Origin: Schizochytrium sp. TIO01
Lineage: Eukaryota; Protista; Bigyra: Labyrinthulomycetes
Reading direction: 5' to 3'
DNA length: 64,000 nucleotides
Assembly (NCBI GenBank): GCA_004764695.1
Contig: SMSO01000033.1
Location: forward strand, 682,001 to 746,000
Below are positions 11,501 through 25,000 of this stretch, one piece after another. Every line of letters begins with the position of its first letter. The first letter of the stretch is position 1. The notes below the pieces were generated by a model, which saw nothing but the letters and a program-made list of their open reading frames with translations, had not been told where the DNA came from and ran no database searches. The position numbers and the translations under genes are program-made.

Positions 11501-14500
11501 TCCAGCGTGGGGTTCAGTTTGCTGATGTGGAACAATATGCTTGGTTTGGAGACATCCATCTAGAGCAGAGTAGCAGGGAACTCATAGAAGTTGAGTTAAA
11601 CCCATTCAAAACCTTGCTGACCGACTAACGAATTGTGAAAATCGTCCTCCCAAATGTCCTTGCCTCTGTCGCATCATAGAAGCTTCTTCTTCAAGATCTC
11701 CGCGCTCCCATGTCCACCCCGTACATCGAACACGATCAAGACAACTTGGGGCACTAAGGCACCGTTGTCAACTGAGTTTTGAGGAACTAAATCTAAACTC
11801 GAGAGTTGAAACTGCAGTAACTTAAAGAACTACAAGTAAAGCTTCCTCTGCATGAGCGAATGTGCTAGAGTTTTCGTCCTCAAACCTCTTGAACAAATCG
11901 TCACCTGTATGGTAAGCAAAGATGTTAGACTCGGACGATGATTATATAATGAATTTTGCCAACCAATTCAAGGTTGTATGCAAGCTGAGAGGACCCAGGA
12001 CGCACTTGACGCAACCCTTAGGATGGAGGCTGGACTATCGCTATGCCTGGGGTTGTTTTCTCTATCGCGCACGGATATTTCTATCACGAGGTATGCCATC
12101 TTGCTGAAGTCCTCTCAGTGAGGTCGCTTCAATTTGCTCTTTGCATTTCTGTCGTTTTATGTATATAAAAATCACTTCCTTACTCATCATGCCAGCAAGT
12201 GTAAAATGGTAGCGATTGGACGACGACATGAGTTGTTGCAATTTTAAGTTGCTTACAAAAGATGCGAATTGTAGGCACTAGGCAAGCAAGCAGGCAAGCA
12301 AGCAAGCAAGCTCACTCGACCTATTATTCCTCCACAATCGTGGGGTGCACTTTGTTGCTATCTCGAAACAATGTCGAGCGAGACACCATCTATCCCCAGG
12401 GAATGGTACAGTGCAGTCAACATGTGCGAATTGCGAACTGAGTGTAGGTCGTAGGTAGCAAGTAGATATGTATTACTCACTTCCTACACGTGCGTAGCTA
12501 GATTTCAATTGCTCTCCTTTCGACGTAGGTAGTGAGGAGAGACATTCTGCTTGCTTTTTACATATTGAAATAATGATACGCATAATAGGTAGAGCAGAAA
12601 TAAAAGACTTCTTCAAAGTAAAAGTGTTTCATTTGATAATAACAATATGACACCTATTATTACAAGGTACCCTTACATGTTTTTGAAACAAACAACAAAA
12701 ACAACTATTTGTGAAAGATCAAGGTCCAGTCCTCGCTCAACTTGTTTCCCTCGAGGCTAACTTCTCTACTGTTTGAGCAGCCAAGATGGGTGAGTAAAGC
12801 GGGGAAGCTCAACAGCACCAACATTGCTGTCGTTGCATGCCAACAAATCTTGAAATCATAATTTGTTACCTGTGTAGCTGCAGCTAGCGAGCTCGCTCTA
12901 GATATATTACAGTTCGATCTTATTCGGTAGCACACTGTAGTGAGTAAGAAGGTGACCAATGAAATGACAAAGCTGTAAGATGTAACCTGAAAGCGGATTG
13001 TTCTTGACGTGCGCTTGCTTTTGCAATCTAACTGAGGAAGTTTTCTATTCCGCTCTGCGTATGCCTGCCTGCGCCAAACTCATGAAACCAAAAAAGTAGG
13101 TACTACTTACCTACCTGCGTAGGTGGGAACCAATAATTATAAAGTTTTCACTAATCGATGTCAAGGAATGATGGGAAAAAAGCAAGCACATTATGACAAT
13201 GACAATACTCGCAAGAATCCAGCACGCAACCCGAAGCGAAGAGGCAGAAGAATCTAGGATGTCGAAGTTCGAGCAAAGCTTAGGGCTCGAATTGACTCGA
13301 GGCAGTCCGAACTAATCAACTACAGCCATTGTGTTTCTGATCTAGCTAGGTAGTAGCTATTTACCAAGGTAGGTGCACGAGCGACCGTGACCTCAATCAA
13401 CTTGAAGAAGAACTTTTTTGCTTAGTTGCTTTCATAAATAAGCAAGCAGAGGTCTGACTGAGTAGTTGTTTACTTTGTTTATTTATTCATTTGCTTATTT
13501 CTTTCTTTGTTTCTCTGCTTATTGATCGAAAACAAAACAGAGACTGGAGTGCACTCGAGTTTGAGAGTCTGAAGAGGTTAGAAACTTCACTTCTTCATTC
13601 TGCCCAGGTGCTTCTGAGGGATGGCCAGCAGCCATCCAGAACTGCCCCGCCTTGTGGGAACTTGAAGGATTCTCATCATGGTCGCCGAATTCCATCCTTC
13701 TCGGGAGCGGAGGCTGGTAGGTACGCCCCTCGGGTCATTCTTGCGCTTGCACAAGCTGCTGTTCTAAGTTTCGTAAGTATTGAAGACAAACTAATTCCTC
13801 AGTTCTCTCCTGACTACTGCCGCTTCTACCCAAAACTATAGCACCACTACATAAATGCAGCCATGCAGACATCGAACACTACAGGCTTGGGTGACTCTGA
13901 TGCCATCTTCCTCTTTGAGCAAAGCTAAAGCTCCAGGCAAAGCAGGTCTGGCAAAGCTAATGGTAGCTGGATAATTAGTTGCGAGTTTCGGTCCTTCACT
14001 TGCAAGGGTAGGACGCCTCTCTTCTAATTTTGGTCACTAGTACTCACCGGTGGAGATCGTAGTCCTACCTGTGTGTCCATCACGTTTGATCATCTCTTTC
14101 TCTCTATATTTTCTCTATGCATCTGTGAGCCTATCGGTCTGTAGGTACTCCTAAGCCTCGTTAAAATTACTTTGCTTTCCTTCCTACAGAAAAGAAGCCA
14201 TGAGTTTCTCTCTATAATCATCAACTTTCTTTCGGCAACCTTGCACAGCCCATTCACCCGCTTCTGCTCCAGTTCTCTCTGTGCAAATCAGTCAAGCACC
14301 TGATAATCCAGTGGCGCGGATAAACCTTCGCTCCCCCCGATTGTTTTCAATTATCCAAGGCTCTTATTTACTCGCAGCCGGGGCCGGAGGCTTTCTTCGA
14401 ACTTGTGCCGCAATCGTTTCTCTGAGCCCCAAGTTGCCTTGCTACCAAAAACCATAGGCAGGCCTTGCCTCCAGTTCCCAAGCCTGCGCTGGTCACGGGT

Positions 14501-14779
14501 GTGCTAGTGAGTGGGTGCCATTAGCAGACGCCTAATCACTACCAACGCAGTGCGATTCCTCTCATCCACAATAACAACATGCCAAACTTTCAACTCTGCT
14601 TGGGATGAAGTGCTTTGAAGATACATTGAAAATTGAAAACTTGGTAAAGGAGCGAAGCAGCAGTAGGCGGAGTCCCACGTTCACACTGACACACAAAGCC
14701 AAAGAGAGCTAAGTGCAAGTTCTCTCCCGGCTTTGGCAGGCACCGTCTGGGCTCTCTCTCTTCCAGAGGGTGCCTTTAT

Positions 14780-14837
14780 AATGAATGAATGAATGAATGA
14801 ATGAATGAATGAATTAATGAATCAATCAATCAATCAA

Positions 14838-14870
<33 letters not shown>
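14780..14870. repeat. Compound microsatellite (AATG)n-(AATC)n-(CTG)n
   Basis: Directly visible adjacent tandem runs. Confidence 0.95.
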
Positions 14871-14871
<1 letters not shown>

Positions 14872-15403
14872 GACTTGACTCGAGTGTTTCCTCGAAATCA
14901 AATTCTTCCGAGGCCGTTGGTGTCTGCGTGCTTGTCTGAGCATTGTCGAAAGCGGAAGACACTGCGCGTGCCTTATTGAATGCTATAAGTCCAGAACACC
15001 TTTACGCGAAGAAGGTCCGTGAAACCTTGGTTGGTTAGTACTTTTTATTTAATCTGTTTGTTTATTTGTTTACAATCAGCTGCAGCAGCAGAAGGGAAGC
15101 TGGGCGTGGAAAGCTAACTAGCTTCGTAGGTGTGGCGGCTGCTTGCTTCGTCATGATGATGATTGAAGGTACCCACTCTTCTGGTTGGATTTCAGGAGGT
15201 GCAGATACCCACCTACCCACCTATTATGGTCATGATGAATAGGAAGCTTGAACTGGCTGGATTCCGGTGATTCCGGGTCGATAAGTTGGTGGTGGTGGAC
15301 AAGACTACCTAGACACAAGCAGGTCCAGGCTCGGATTGGGACGCCTCGGCTCGGATCGAAGCGTATCACCGTTGGTTTATCAGCAACAGGGAATAACACA
15401 TAT

Positions 15404-16020
15404 CACAGGTTTTGAAGCCTGTACCAAGGAAACCAGGCGTATCACCATCAGCTGAAGAAAATATCAAGCCTGTAGACACCTACTACTACTGTTAATATGG
15501 GTGTCAATGGGGCGTGACTCTCAGTCGCAATGGGGAATGCAACTTTATGTAAAGCGAACATTGCAGGCTTTGAATCCTATTACAGGCTTTAAAGCCTGTA
15601 CTCCTTGGCGCCGATGTGAGTCAGAGATAGTAAGCCTGCAGAAACAGGGGATGGTCAGTAAATTAGAGCTTAATACGGAGAAAAAGAACCAGATAAACGA
15701 AACATCTAGTAGTTGCTTAGGGACGAAACCTAAGTATACTCATACGATAAAGACGAGCAGAAATGACGCTTTGAAAGATACCAGATTCTTGAGACAATAT
15801 CATGCCCGAGTATATACAAGCAATTATCTTAGGGATTGTTTGTTTTGTTCCGCTGCCTAAGTTGACTGCTTAAAGAACTCTGGCAGGTCATGAAGCCCAG
15901 CAGCGGAAGCCTGGATAAGACCAAGAAACATAGTCTAGGCTTTAAACCTTCTTCAATTGCAATTGCGTTAAATAATGATTGGCTGGAGTCCAGGATCTGT
16001 ATGCAGGCTCGAAGTCGATA
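15404..16020. repeat. Cluster of degenerate palindromes, consensus CAGGCTTTRAAGCCTG
   Basis: Perfect 20-bp palindrome TACAGGCTTTAAAGCCTGTA at 15581-15600. Degenerate copies at 15404, 15562, 15882, 15934 and 16002. AAGCCTG half-sites at 15466, 15632 and 15907. Confidence 0.7.
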
Positions 16021-19000
16021 GTTGACAACAATATAGAAAGCTAAATCAACCTTATGACTTTGACTTTTTTAAAGATTCAAATAAGCTTTTCAAACAGAGA
16101 GATTCCACTTTGTAGTCCATACATAACTCCGTTGAAAGCTCCTGTTTTCCATGAAATACGCCAACAAAAACGCTTTATAGTATGTCTACCCTGACAGGTA
16201 GTGATACTGATAATATTTTTAATGATATTACATCTCATACTCATCAGCGTTTTTAACCAATCACAAAAGTTGATGGTAAGTCATCATATAGAGCTTCTAA
16301 AAAGACCAGCTGGCAGCTATTATAAGATAGCACAAACTCTAAACCTATGAAGAAAAAGTAACGCACGTATAACAACAATAGAACTCAATAGTGTATCTTG
16401 ACTGGTTATCAGCGTAAGGTATTCTTACTCGCGATAGAAAAACATTTTTCTATGTTCAAGTTTTAATAAAACGTCAGCTTACATATTCGTATTCATCACT
16501 AGGGTAATAGCTTGCTGCCAGACTTATTATGGCTACTGAGAAGTACAACATAGCTCCTTTTACTAGGCAGAGCAACTTTTCTCTTTAAAGTATAATAAAT
16601 CCAGTTATCATGTTAAAAGACCAGCCATCACTCTAGCATAAGTGGCCTGGATGTGTGACCTGGACTCGGCAAATGAATTCTATTATATATACGTAAAGTC
16701 GCAAAGAAATGGCTGCAAAGATAAAGGCCGTTGGTCGTTGGTGGCAGCACTAGAGAGGGGTGTTGGTTGCGTCCAGGCTTTCCTGCATTGGTTTATCCAA
16801 GGAGTTCAAAACTTCACAGTCGACATATTTCTACATAAGGAAATCAGTATCTGTGTTGGTCAAACTTTCAAATTTAAACGCTACACAAAAGCATTTTATT
16901 CTATATTTGAAGCGAAGAAAAGTACAGTAAAAACAAAACCAGAACCAAAATTAAAACAAATTAAAATATAAAGAGATGAGAAAACAAGCATATTAAATGT
17001 TGAAGATCGTCGCACCGGCGCTTGTATAGTCTCCAACACCTGTCAATATTTTAAAAATGTTTCAAGCCGGACAGCACCGCTCAAAAAATTGCAAGCATGG
17101 ATATTTTAAAAAATAAAATAAGAAGCACTGCTTCAGTAATTTTTATTTCTGAAGCTATTCAATAAGATCATGGCTGAAGTTCATTATCTAATTTGAAGAG
17201 GGCGAAAGAAACCAAAAGTTTATACTTCCGCTCTGTTTAATGAAAGCCTAATTCATGATATCTTTTGGTGCTTGGTGTAATGCTGGAACCATCTTTCAAG
17301 TTTATTCGCGTGATTTAGAAAAATATCACAACCAATAGACAAGCGTCAAATAGCAAAAGATACGAATATGAAAAAACCGATTGTAGAATTGCATAGTGAA
17401 GTTATAGTAAAAGGTTTTTACTACCACCTAGAAGTATTAGTGTCTAGTGCGAAATACTAGGTTGTGCTTTTCTCAGATGAAAGATTGTATTTCTATTCCT
17501 TATAAAGCTGGGGCCTAGTTACACTCATACTTTGAGTATTAAATGCTATATATACGAAAATCTATTTCTGACTTCCTTGAAATACGTGGAAGATAGTAAA
17601 TTATTATCTACAACTTTCGTTTGGTTTTATTGTTGCCAACAAGATATTCTGCTCAGTATTCTTCACACTATGTTAGAAAGTACTTGAGCAACGCTCGTAT
17701 CGCTGGTGAAGTTATGCTACATTCATACTGTTGATTTGTCACTTTTCTGATAGCCCTCTGAATAGGAAATTCGAACATGCTGATTTTGATAGAACTGTGC
17801 AACTGTCAAATCGCAATAGTATGCGTTGATGAGTTAAAACTAAATAAATGTAGTAAAGCATACATGTTAAAAGCACGATTTACATAAGCGCATACAAGCA
17901 AAAGCTTGTAAATTTTAAACGAAAGAAAACTATTATTTGTGTCCAGGGCCGCATTTCTATATATGAATTGTTTTATTTATCGCTCACTTACATATAGTCA
18001 AACGCTTTAAGATGACGAGTAAGTCCCATTGTATTTACGCAGAACTGTATAATTTCTTGTGGTTTTTACAGTAAGTACTCAAAAAACGTGAATCGAATAA
18101 TAAACGACATTACCAGCTTCTCTCGTATCAATAATTAAAAAATTGAATAGGTTTGGTTTTCGTACATTGATTCATTCATCTCTGAAGAGACAATCTTAGA
18201 ATACTCTTGTATAGTTTAGTCCATACAAACGCACGCTTCTTTACATAGCCATGACTACCTTTCTATAAATCGATCAATTTATCGAAGTAAATTTTCGAAA
18301 AGACAAGTGCATTTTTTAAAGCTCTTATATCTCAAAAAGCCACTCAACATATACCTTGAGAAATATAAAACAAATCATTCAAATCTGAAGCATTCAATCA
18401 GGTTATAATACCCGAAAAGTGCTGCGACGAATTTCACACCCTAAACTGAGTCAACATAGATTGTATATTAGTTGAATGTTAATCCTTCTTATAGAGATCA
18501 TGGTAAATTACGGACCAAACCTTTTTTCGATTCTTTTATATTTTTGTAAACACATATCTGAAGGTTAGCGTTTTAGGGATGGGTCCTGGATTCTATCTTT
18601 TCAACACTAAGAGGGAAATCAAACAGAGTAATTTTTTAATTCTAAAAGGTGGGTGATCAATAAAGGAGCGCAAGCAGTCTATCTGTATCCACTATTGAGC
18701 ACACCTTCATTCTGTTGATGATAGCAGATTGACCGCTGGCTTGTGTTCAAGTATTTTAATCGTGTGTCGCTGACCTGGGGACACATTGATGCAAATAAAA
18801 GAGTTTGTGTGTAACCGCACGCATCTGGCTTCTGGTTCTGGTTCAGAATTTAACATGCACTTGAGCTACGCTTTCGCAAAATTCTCTCCACGTAAACTTT
18901 TTATGTCAAAGAAAAAGTTCTTCATCTAGAAAATTAAATAGTAAAAACTAGGATTCTATTCCCATTTAATTATCTTTTCGCTGAAGTCTAAACAAGTAAA

Positions 19001-22000
19001 ATACAATCAAACAAAGACCGATACGTACGTGGGTGAAAATAAAAAATTCAAGAACAAAGTACAGTAGGTACGTACTATGTTCTTACCAGTTTCATTTTAT
19101 TATTATTTTAATAATAATAAACGTTGATTTGCAATTATTAACTTTAAAAGGTTAAGGTTCACGGTTCCTTACTGTACATAGAAAATTCAACTATAAAAGC
19201 AAATATTCCTTTAACAAAGAAAAGGCAACTTAAAAATAAAAATAAAAAATAAAAATAAAACAGCGATATAAAGGAGAAGGAACACCTCCAACAGTTACAA
19301 AAAACTGAACTAGAAATAGGATAATCCACGCAGAAATTGTGGTCCCTTTCTTCGCGAGCACGGACGGCAAGCTCGATACGCAACAAATATCATAATGAAG
19401 TCATTTTGTGTGACCCGTGCAGGTTACCTCTATTAACCACCGAGTCAATTTCATGTGTACGCGGATGATCTGAGTACCTTTTCAGGGCATTCCTCTAAAC
19501 TTTTATTTTAACATAATGTCAATATTTTATGATCCCGTGTGCTTAAAAGTTTTTCCAATAGAAAAAAGGAAAATTAATAATGTTGTCTTCCACCTCCATG
19601 AGAAAATATAGAAGAATATTTTTAAATGTTAAAATAAATCTCGACTTTTCTTTTACTAGGGCCACGAGTGACTTGATGGTAGAAGTCAAGGAATCACCGT
19701 CGCTGAAATGCTTGGGTCTTCTCCTAGCGATTCACTATCCAAACCCTAAGTATTCGTATTAGGAAACTACCACGTTTGAGCCTCCCCACACTTGCACTTT
19801 TGGAGTGGAGGCACTATTATGTCTTCTTTGCAAAGTATGGTCAACCAAAATTGAAGAGAAAGTGTTAGAAACAATAAGGGATAGTGGAAGTTAGACTGTG
19901 GGACGGCCGCAGCCACAGTTGACAACGAACGTGAGTTGTTTTATAATTACTTTTTTGTTAGTGTGAGAGTAGGGTTAGAACTAACGAAATGGGCCTGTGA
20001 AAGTACTGCTAAATTTGTTCTATATTTTAAATTGAATGTTTATTTTTTTCATTGCACTACATGCTGCTAGTACTGAAAGTTTTAGAAAGTAGTGTATTAA
20101 TTTTATTACCGTATGTGAATTTTAAATTTTAAAAAATGTAAAATACAATATGCTATTTAAAAGGAAGGAGCATGGAAAGGGGGGAAAAGGGAAAAAAAGA
20201 GTTATTCTTTGATGACATATTCGAAGAACATTATTGTGGTAGAAATCCTTATGGTGGAGGTCTTCCTTCCCTCTTCCGTTCAGTCGCCGTCATATGTGAA
20301 TTATTTTTTTTTTTCTGATGTTTGAAAAATTGAACGAAAAGTTTTTTTAATTAGAACGAAATGAAATAAACACATAGTATGAGTGATTAGTGAACACGGG
20401 TGTTGCAATGTTTAACGAAAAGGATATAGAATGCGTGAAAAACTGGTGGGTACTCGATGTTGAAATCACCTGTCCATCTTTTGTATAATAGGCAGAACAA
20501 ATAGTATTATCTCATATTGTTGTACTGCTGTCTTGTATCGGGGGATTAAATCGTACACTCCCAGATTGATCTTAATTGGTTAGGGTTCATGAAAACATTT
20601 GATACCTTTCAAAATTCTCTATCTGTCAATGAAAGTTTCTGTCGAAAAGGCGAGAAGGAATAAAAAATGGTAAAAGCTCTTTGGCTAGTAGCCTGGGTCT
20701 TGATTGAACCCGCCCTACGGATCAAACGGGGCACGAGCTTGCACCGCTTCAAATATGTAACGCGTCACTTCTGTGAAATCTCTGAAAGTTTAATTCTGAT
20801 GGCAACAAGTCATTTAAAAAAATGGTTGTTTATTAATACCATTTTTGGGAAAAGCACGCCCCTGGGTATAATAATATCGAATTCTGGATGTAGACACATT
20901 ATGAGATTCGATTGACAGACAAGTATCTACGAGGAGCATATTCAGAGACCGCCTGCGTCGTATAAGTTTTTATTTATTATTATTGTTATTTTATTAATTC
21001 AAAATTTATTAAAGGAGTAACTGCAAAAAAGGCATTTATATAGAGCGTTATAGGTAATCATCTAAATTGAAGAAATGACGGGACGTGAGAAACCTAAAGT
21101 AAAACTTCAACCGAGTAATAGGTAGGATCTGAGAAGTACGATGTTGATCATAAATTATAAGACGGCATTTTTATCATAGGGTAAAATTACATGCAAGGTT
21201 GCACAGCTAGTGCCTTCCGAGCGGAGAGGAGAGCATGTTTACTTTGCCCAATAGATGAACATATATTGGTTACTATTGCTTGGGTCATGAAAGTGCCGAT
21301 CAGGTTCTACTCTACTGGAAGATCTCTTAGGAGTAGCCCATCCGGATTCGAAACATCCGGAATACGTAAACTATTTATGGTTGACACAGGGGCAGCATTT
21401 TAGGAGAAGAAGTTTTAGAGAAGATGAGGGGTATATAGAGATGGAGCTAACGGAGCTCGAGTCGGGAAATGTAACCGAGGGATAACTCAGATGCAGGCAT
21501 TTTTAATTTATTTCCTGCTACGACATTATATGAAGACGTAAGGGATGTTGACTTTGGTGGTTTACTCAAATGGAGATTTATTCTCATGCGCATAAAGTTT
21601 TGTTTGGGAATTTTAAAATAAACAATTCAAAACGCTCTCTCTAAATTCGCATTACGCGAAGCTGGCTAATCACTTGAAACGCCAACAAGCAGGTACTGTT
21701 GATTTCGGCAAGTGCGCCGCCGCAAGTCATTTGGACGAGGCAAAGAAACTAAAATAGTTCTTTAAACTTATGGAACAATGACGATAAATCATGCATAAAA
21801 TTTGCATAAAAATTGGCAAGGGATAATCGGGGATGTATGTCGACTGAGAAGAAACGGTCAAGCACCGAGGGAGCCGGGACTGCGAGCTATAGGACCTAAG
21901 GAGTTTGTTTCTTCCCCGCAACCTCAACAGCACCTACTGAGGAATTTATAAAGAAGGTTCCTGGCATTTCAGAGGGGTTGAGTTTTCAGAAGCAAGGAAC

Positions 22001-25000
22001 AGTCCATTATTTCTTCTAGGATTCTATTTATCGGTATCTCCTGGTGCTTCCTCTACGATGTTTGGAGATACTAGCTAGCAACCAATTCTTTATAGTATAT
22101 ATTGTTTACTATTTGTGTTTCAGAACGTCTTCCGTTTTTACACATATTAGCTGCTGCGACGCATCGTTGTACGCTGGTCATAAGTTAGACGATGTGAACC
22201 TGTGTTCATCATTACTATCTCTAATTTTTAGCACCAGTTTCACGGCTTTTAAAGACGAGCTAACTATTGTTGACCTTATGAAAGAGATCATGTATGATGC
22301 AATGTGCGGGAAGATCACGAGTCGTGTTGACTGGGTTCGTTCCTCCCCAAGCAATGTACAACCAGGCAGTGCGTATGCTTGTCATGTTTGTTGAATCCCC
22401 TCGAGACAACCCTGGGCCATTAAAATATATACCAGGCCAATCAACTAAGTTAGTTTGTTTGTGCAAAACTGTGGATGGGAGTCATCTTTTCCAAACAAGG
22501 CTGTAAACTTGACGCCTGCATCCCTGCTCACGGACTCAGACCTTTCCAAAAGGCCGAGGCGAGAAGAAAAGGGTGCAGGCTACCATAAGCCCTGTGTCGC
22601 CAGGTTGCCGGAACACAGCTTTCAACCTGGCGCAAATCTGGCGCACAAACCGCTGTCTGTACCACACGCTCCTTTTCCAGCTAGCACGCAGCTTCGACTG
22701 CGTAGGAATTCCACTGAGTTACGGGCGTTTGACAGCTTTAGGAATTAAAAACCTGAAACCCAGAGAAACAGTAATAATAGATAATAGTACCTGCCTACCT
22801 ACGCCTCCCTACTCTCTCACCTCGAAATCATCGCGCAGACCTCTTTCTTTTCCTTGCTCCTGCTCACTACTGCCTGGCTAGTCGCTAGCCTACGAGGTAG
22901 ATTTGTGTTTGAGCGGTCGGTGTCCACTGGCCACCTTCCGACTCGAAGCATGACGGGAGGTTGACGCAGTTTTCTTTGCTCTGTCGACAGCGAGCCAAGC
23001 AAGAAACTGATGAATACGGATGCGTGAGAGAGTGAGTGCGTGGTGGACTGCGAGTGCTATTTCCAGGATTTGTCTCGGCTTGGAGAAGATGATCAGTTAG
23101 TTATTTATTCGTGGCGGTGGCACCGACTAAAACGCTGACCGTCTCAGCGTGGCCCTTTATTCATTGATTGGCTAATTGTTTTATTTATTTATTCATTGGT
23201 TACTTATTGTTTATTAATTATGTATCGTTAGTTATTTATTATATGTTATTTATTATTTTATTTATGCCGCTCTTCGAAGTGTTGGTTGGCAGCATCGCCT
23301 GCTCACTTATTGCCGACGAAGTCGTCGTATCACTCAATCAGTCACCCGGCATGCCGTGCCTCCATCACTTTGCCCTTTGTAAATTAAAAGCATGGTTTTT
23401 CGAGATTATTTAAACTAAACCAGATTAAATAAACAAGCAAATGCCCAAATACAATTTCGTTCATAAAATAGAAAGTACGCCGTGGAACGTTGCTTGAAAA
23501 CTTGTTCTCTCGCAAAAGAAAAGAGAAAAACGAGGATACCTGACAATTGCAGTTACCAGGGCTGCCTATGGTTTATCATCTCACCTTTTTATTTTAAAAT
23601 TAATTATAAAAATGTAAATGAAAATCATATAAAAGCTAAACTTAATTTTTGAAAATAACGAAACTCAAGAAGGATAAGAACAACAAAACAACCGGAGCAA
23701 CAAGTAGTCAGAGACAGAGTACGTAGTCTTGGTGAAGCATGTCATTGAAACCATCGAAACTTCTGTTCTTTGGCAAGGTCAGGCTGCAAGTGCACTGGGC
23801 AAAGGTGAGAACGCAGGTGTGAACTCGCAGAATCCGACGCTTAAAATCAGAGGTGGCACGAAGCAAAACTGGCCACGCGCCCCATATTATCCGCTTCCAC
23901 TGAAAAGACACTGACACCTTGGGCCGCCATTCCTTGCGCAAGACTCGAAATGAGGAACAGCGATGAGGAGATGTCTGGCTCACTTGCCGCCTCAGTCACG
24001 TGTTAGACTATGGTGATTCTTACTGTTCGGGATGAGCTCTGCTCAAGGCGTCGGTATTTTACCAGCAAGGAATTAGAATGCCAAGTCTTCAGGTTCGCCA
24101 CTTTCCTCATGCGCCACTTATGATCAGGTAAACTTGTAAACCAGCTTTTCAAAAGTTTTGTTTTCATTTGCAAAGTGTATAGGTACAGTACTAATTCTCG
24201 ATTCGTACTTTTCATTCTTGATTGGAACGATTTGCTGTTTGAGTGAGTAAACCATCCTTCACAAAGACTTACTTGCTTCGTTAAAAAGCCACTTGCCCAT
24301 TCAGGCCCGCTTTGCATGTATACACATGTGCCACATTCGCCAATGCGCGAGACTTATGACAGTGTCGAGAGAGCACGGATTGAATGAATGAATGAATAGC
24401 ACACTAATAAAAACAGTGAATTGAACATTCACTGCAGCCCAAAAATGTGAGGAGAAGAATATAGAGAAAGGGCTTTTGCGAGCTAAAAATTTCAACAACA
24501 AAAGAGTGTCCTACTGACAGATAAGCTGTGAAGAAGCAGTGCATCACCTAAAATGCACCGCGACCTAGAAAAACCTTTCCAAAGCTCCACGTCGCACCAG
24601 CACTGGATCAAAGAGGGTGGGATATTTCACCGAACCTGAATGAAACGCACAGTATCAAGCAGACAGGCGCAGAGACATAGATAACATACGCGTTGCAGCT
24701 TTGTCAAAGCAGGCCGGATGATTGCTTACCAAAATCTGTGATCAGGGCAGTACCTAGAGGTTTGTTTATACTCGAAGTATTTGTATGGCAAAACTCGCTC
24801 GAGCGTTTGAGGAGCCTATTCAGCTGTTATATCATACATCCTGACCAATACACCCGAGGTGCTTAGGTGCTTCTTGTGTGATCTTTTCATTACCTTAAAA
24901 AAGCAGCATCAGTGTAATGTGCATGATAGGCGTCAGCCAGCCACCAATTTAGATTACAAAGAAAAGGAACAATTCATTAAAAATAAAATAATAAAGTAAA

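Noticed and set aside
15404-16020. Palindromic repeats with unique spacers read as a CRISPR array
   Set aside because: Repeats are degenerate and irregularly spaced, the context is eukaryotic, and there are no cas genes.
19778-19920. Short hairpins (GCCTCC...GGAGGC; ACTGTGG...CCACAGT) as a Helitron or terminator end
   Set aside because: Stems of 6-7 bp are expected by chance; no adjacent CTRR end or element body recognised.
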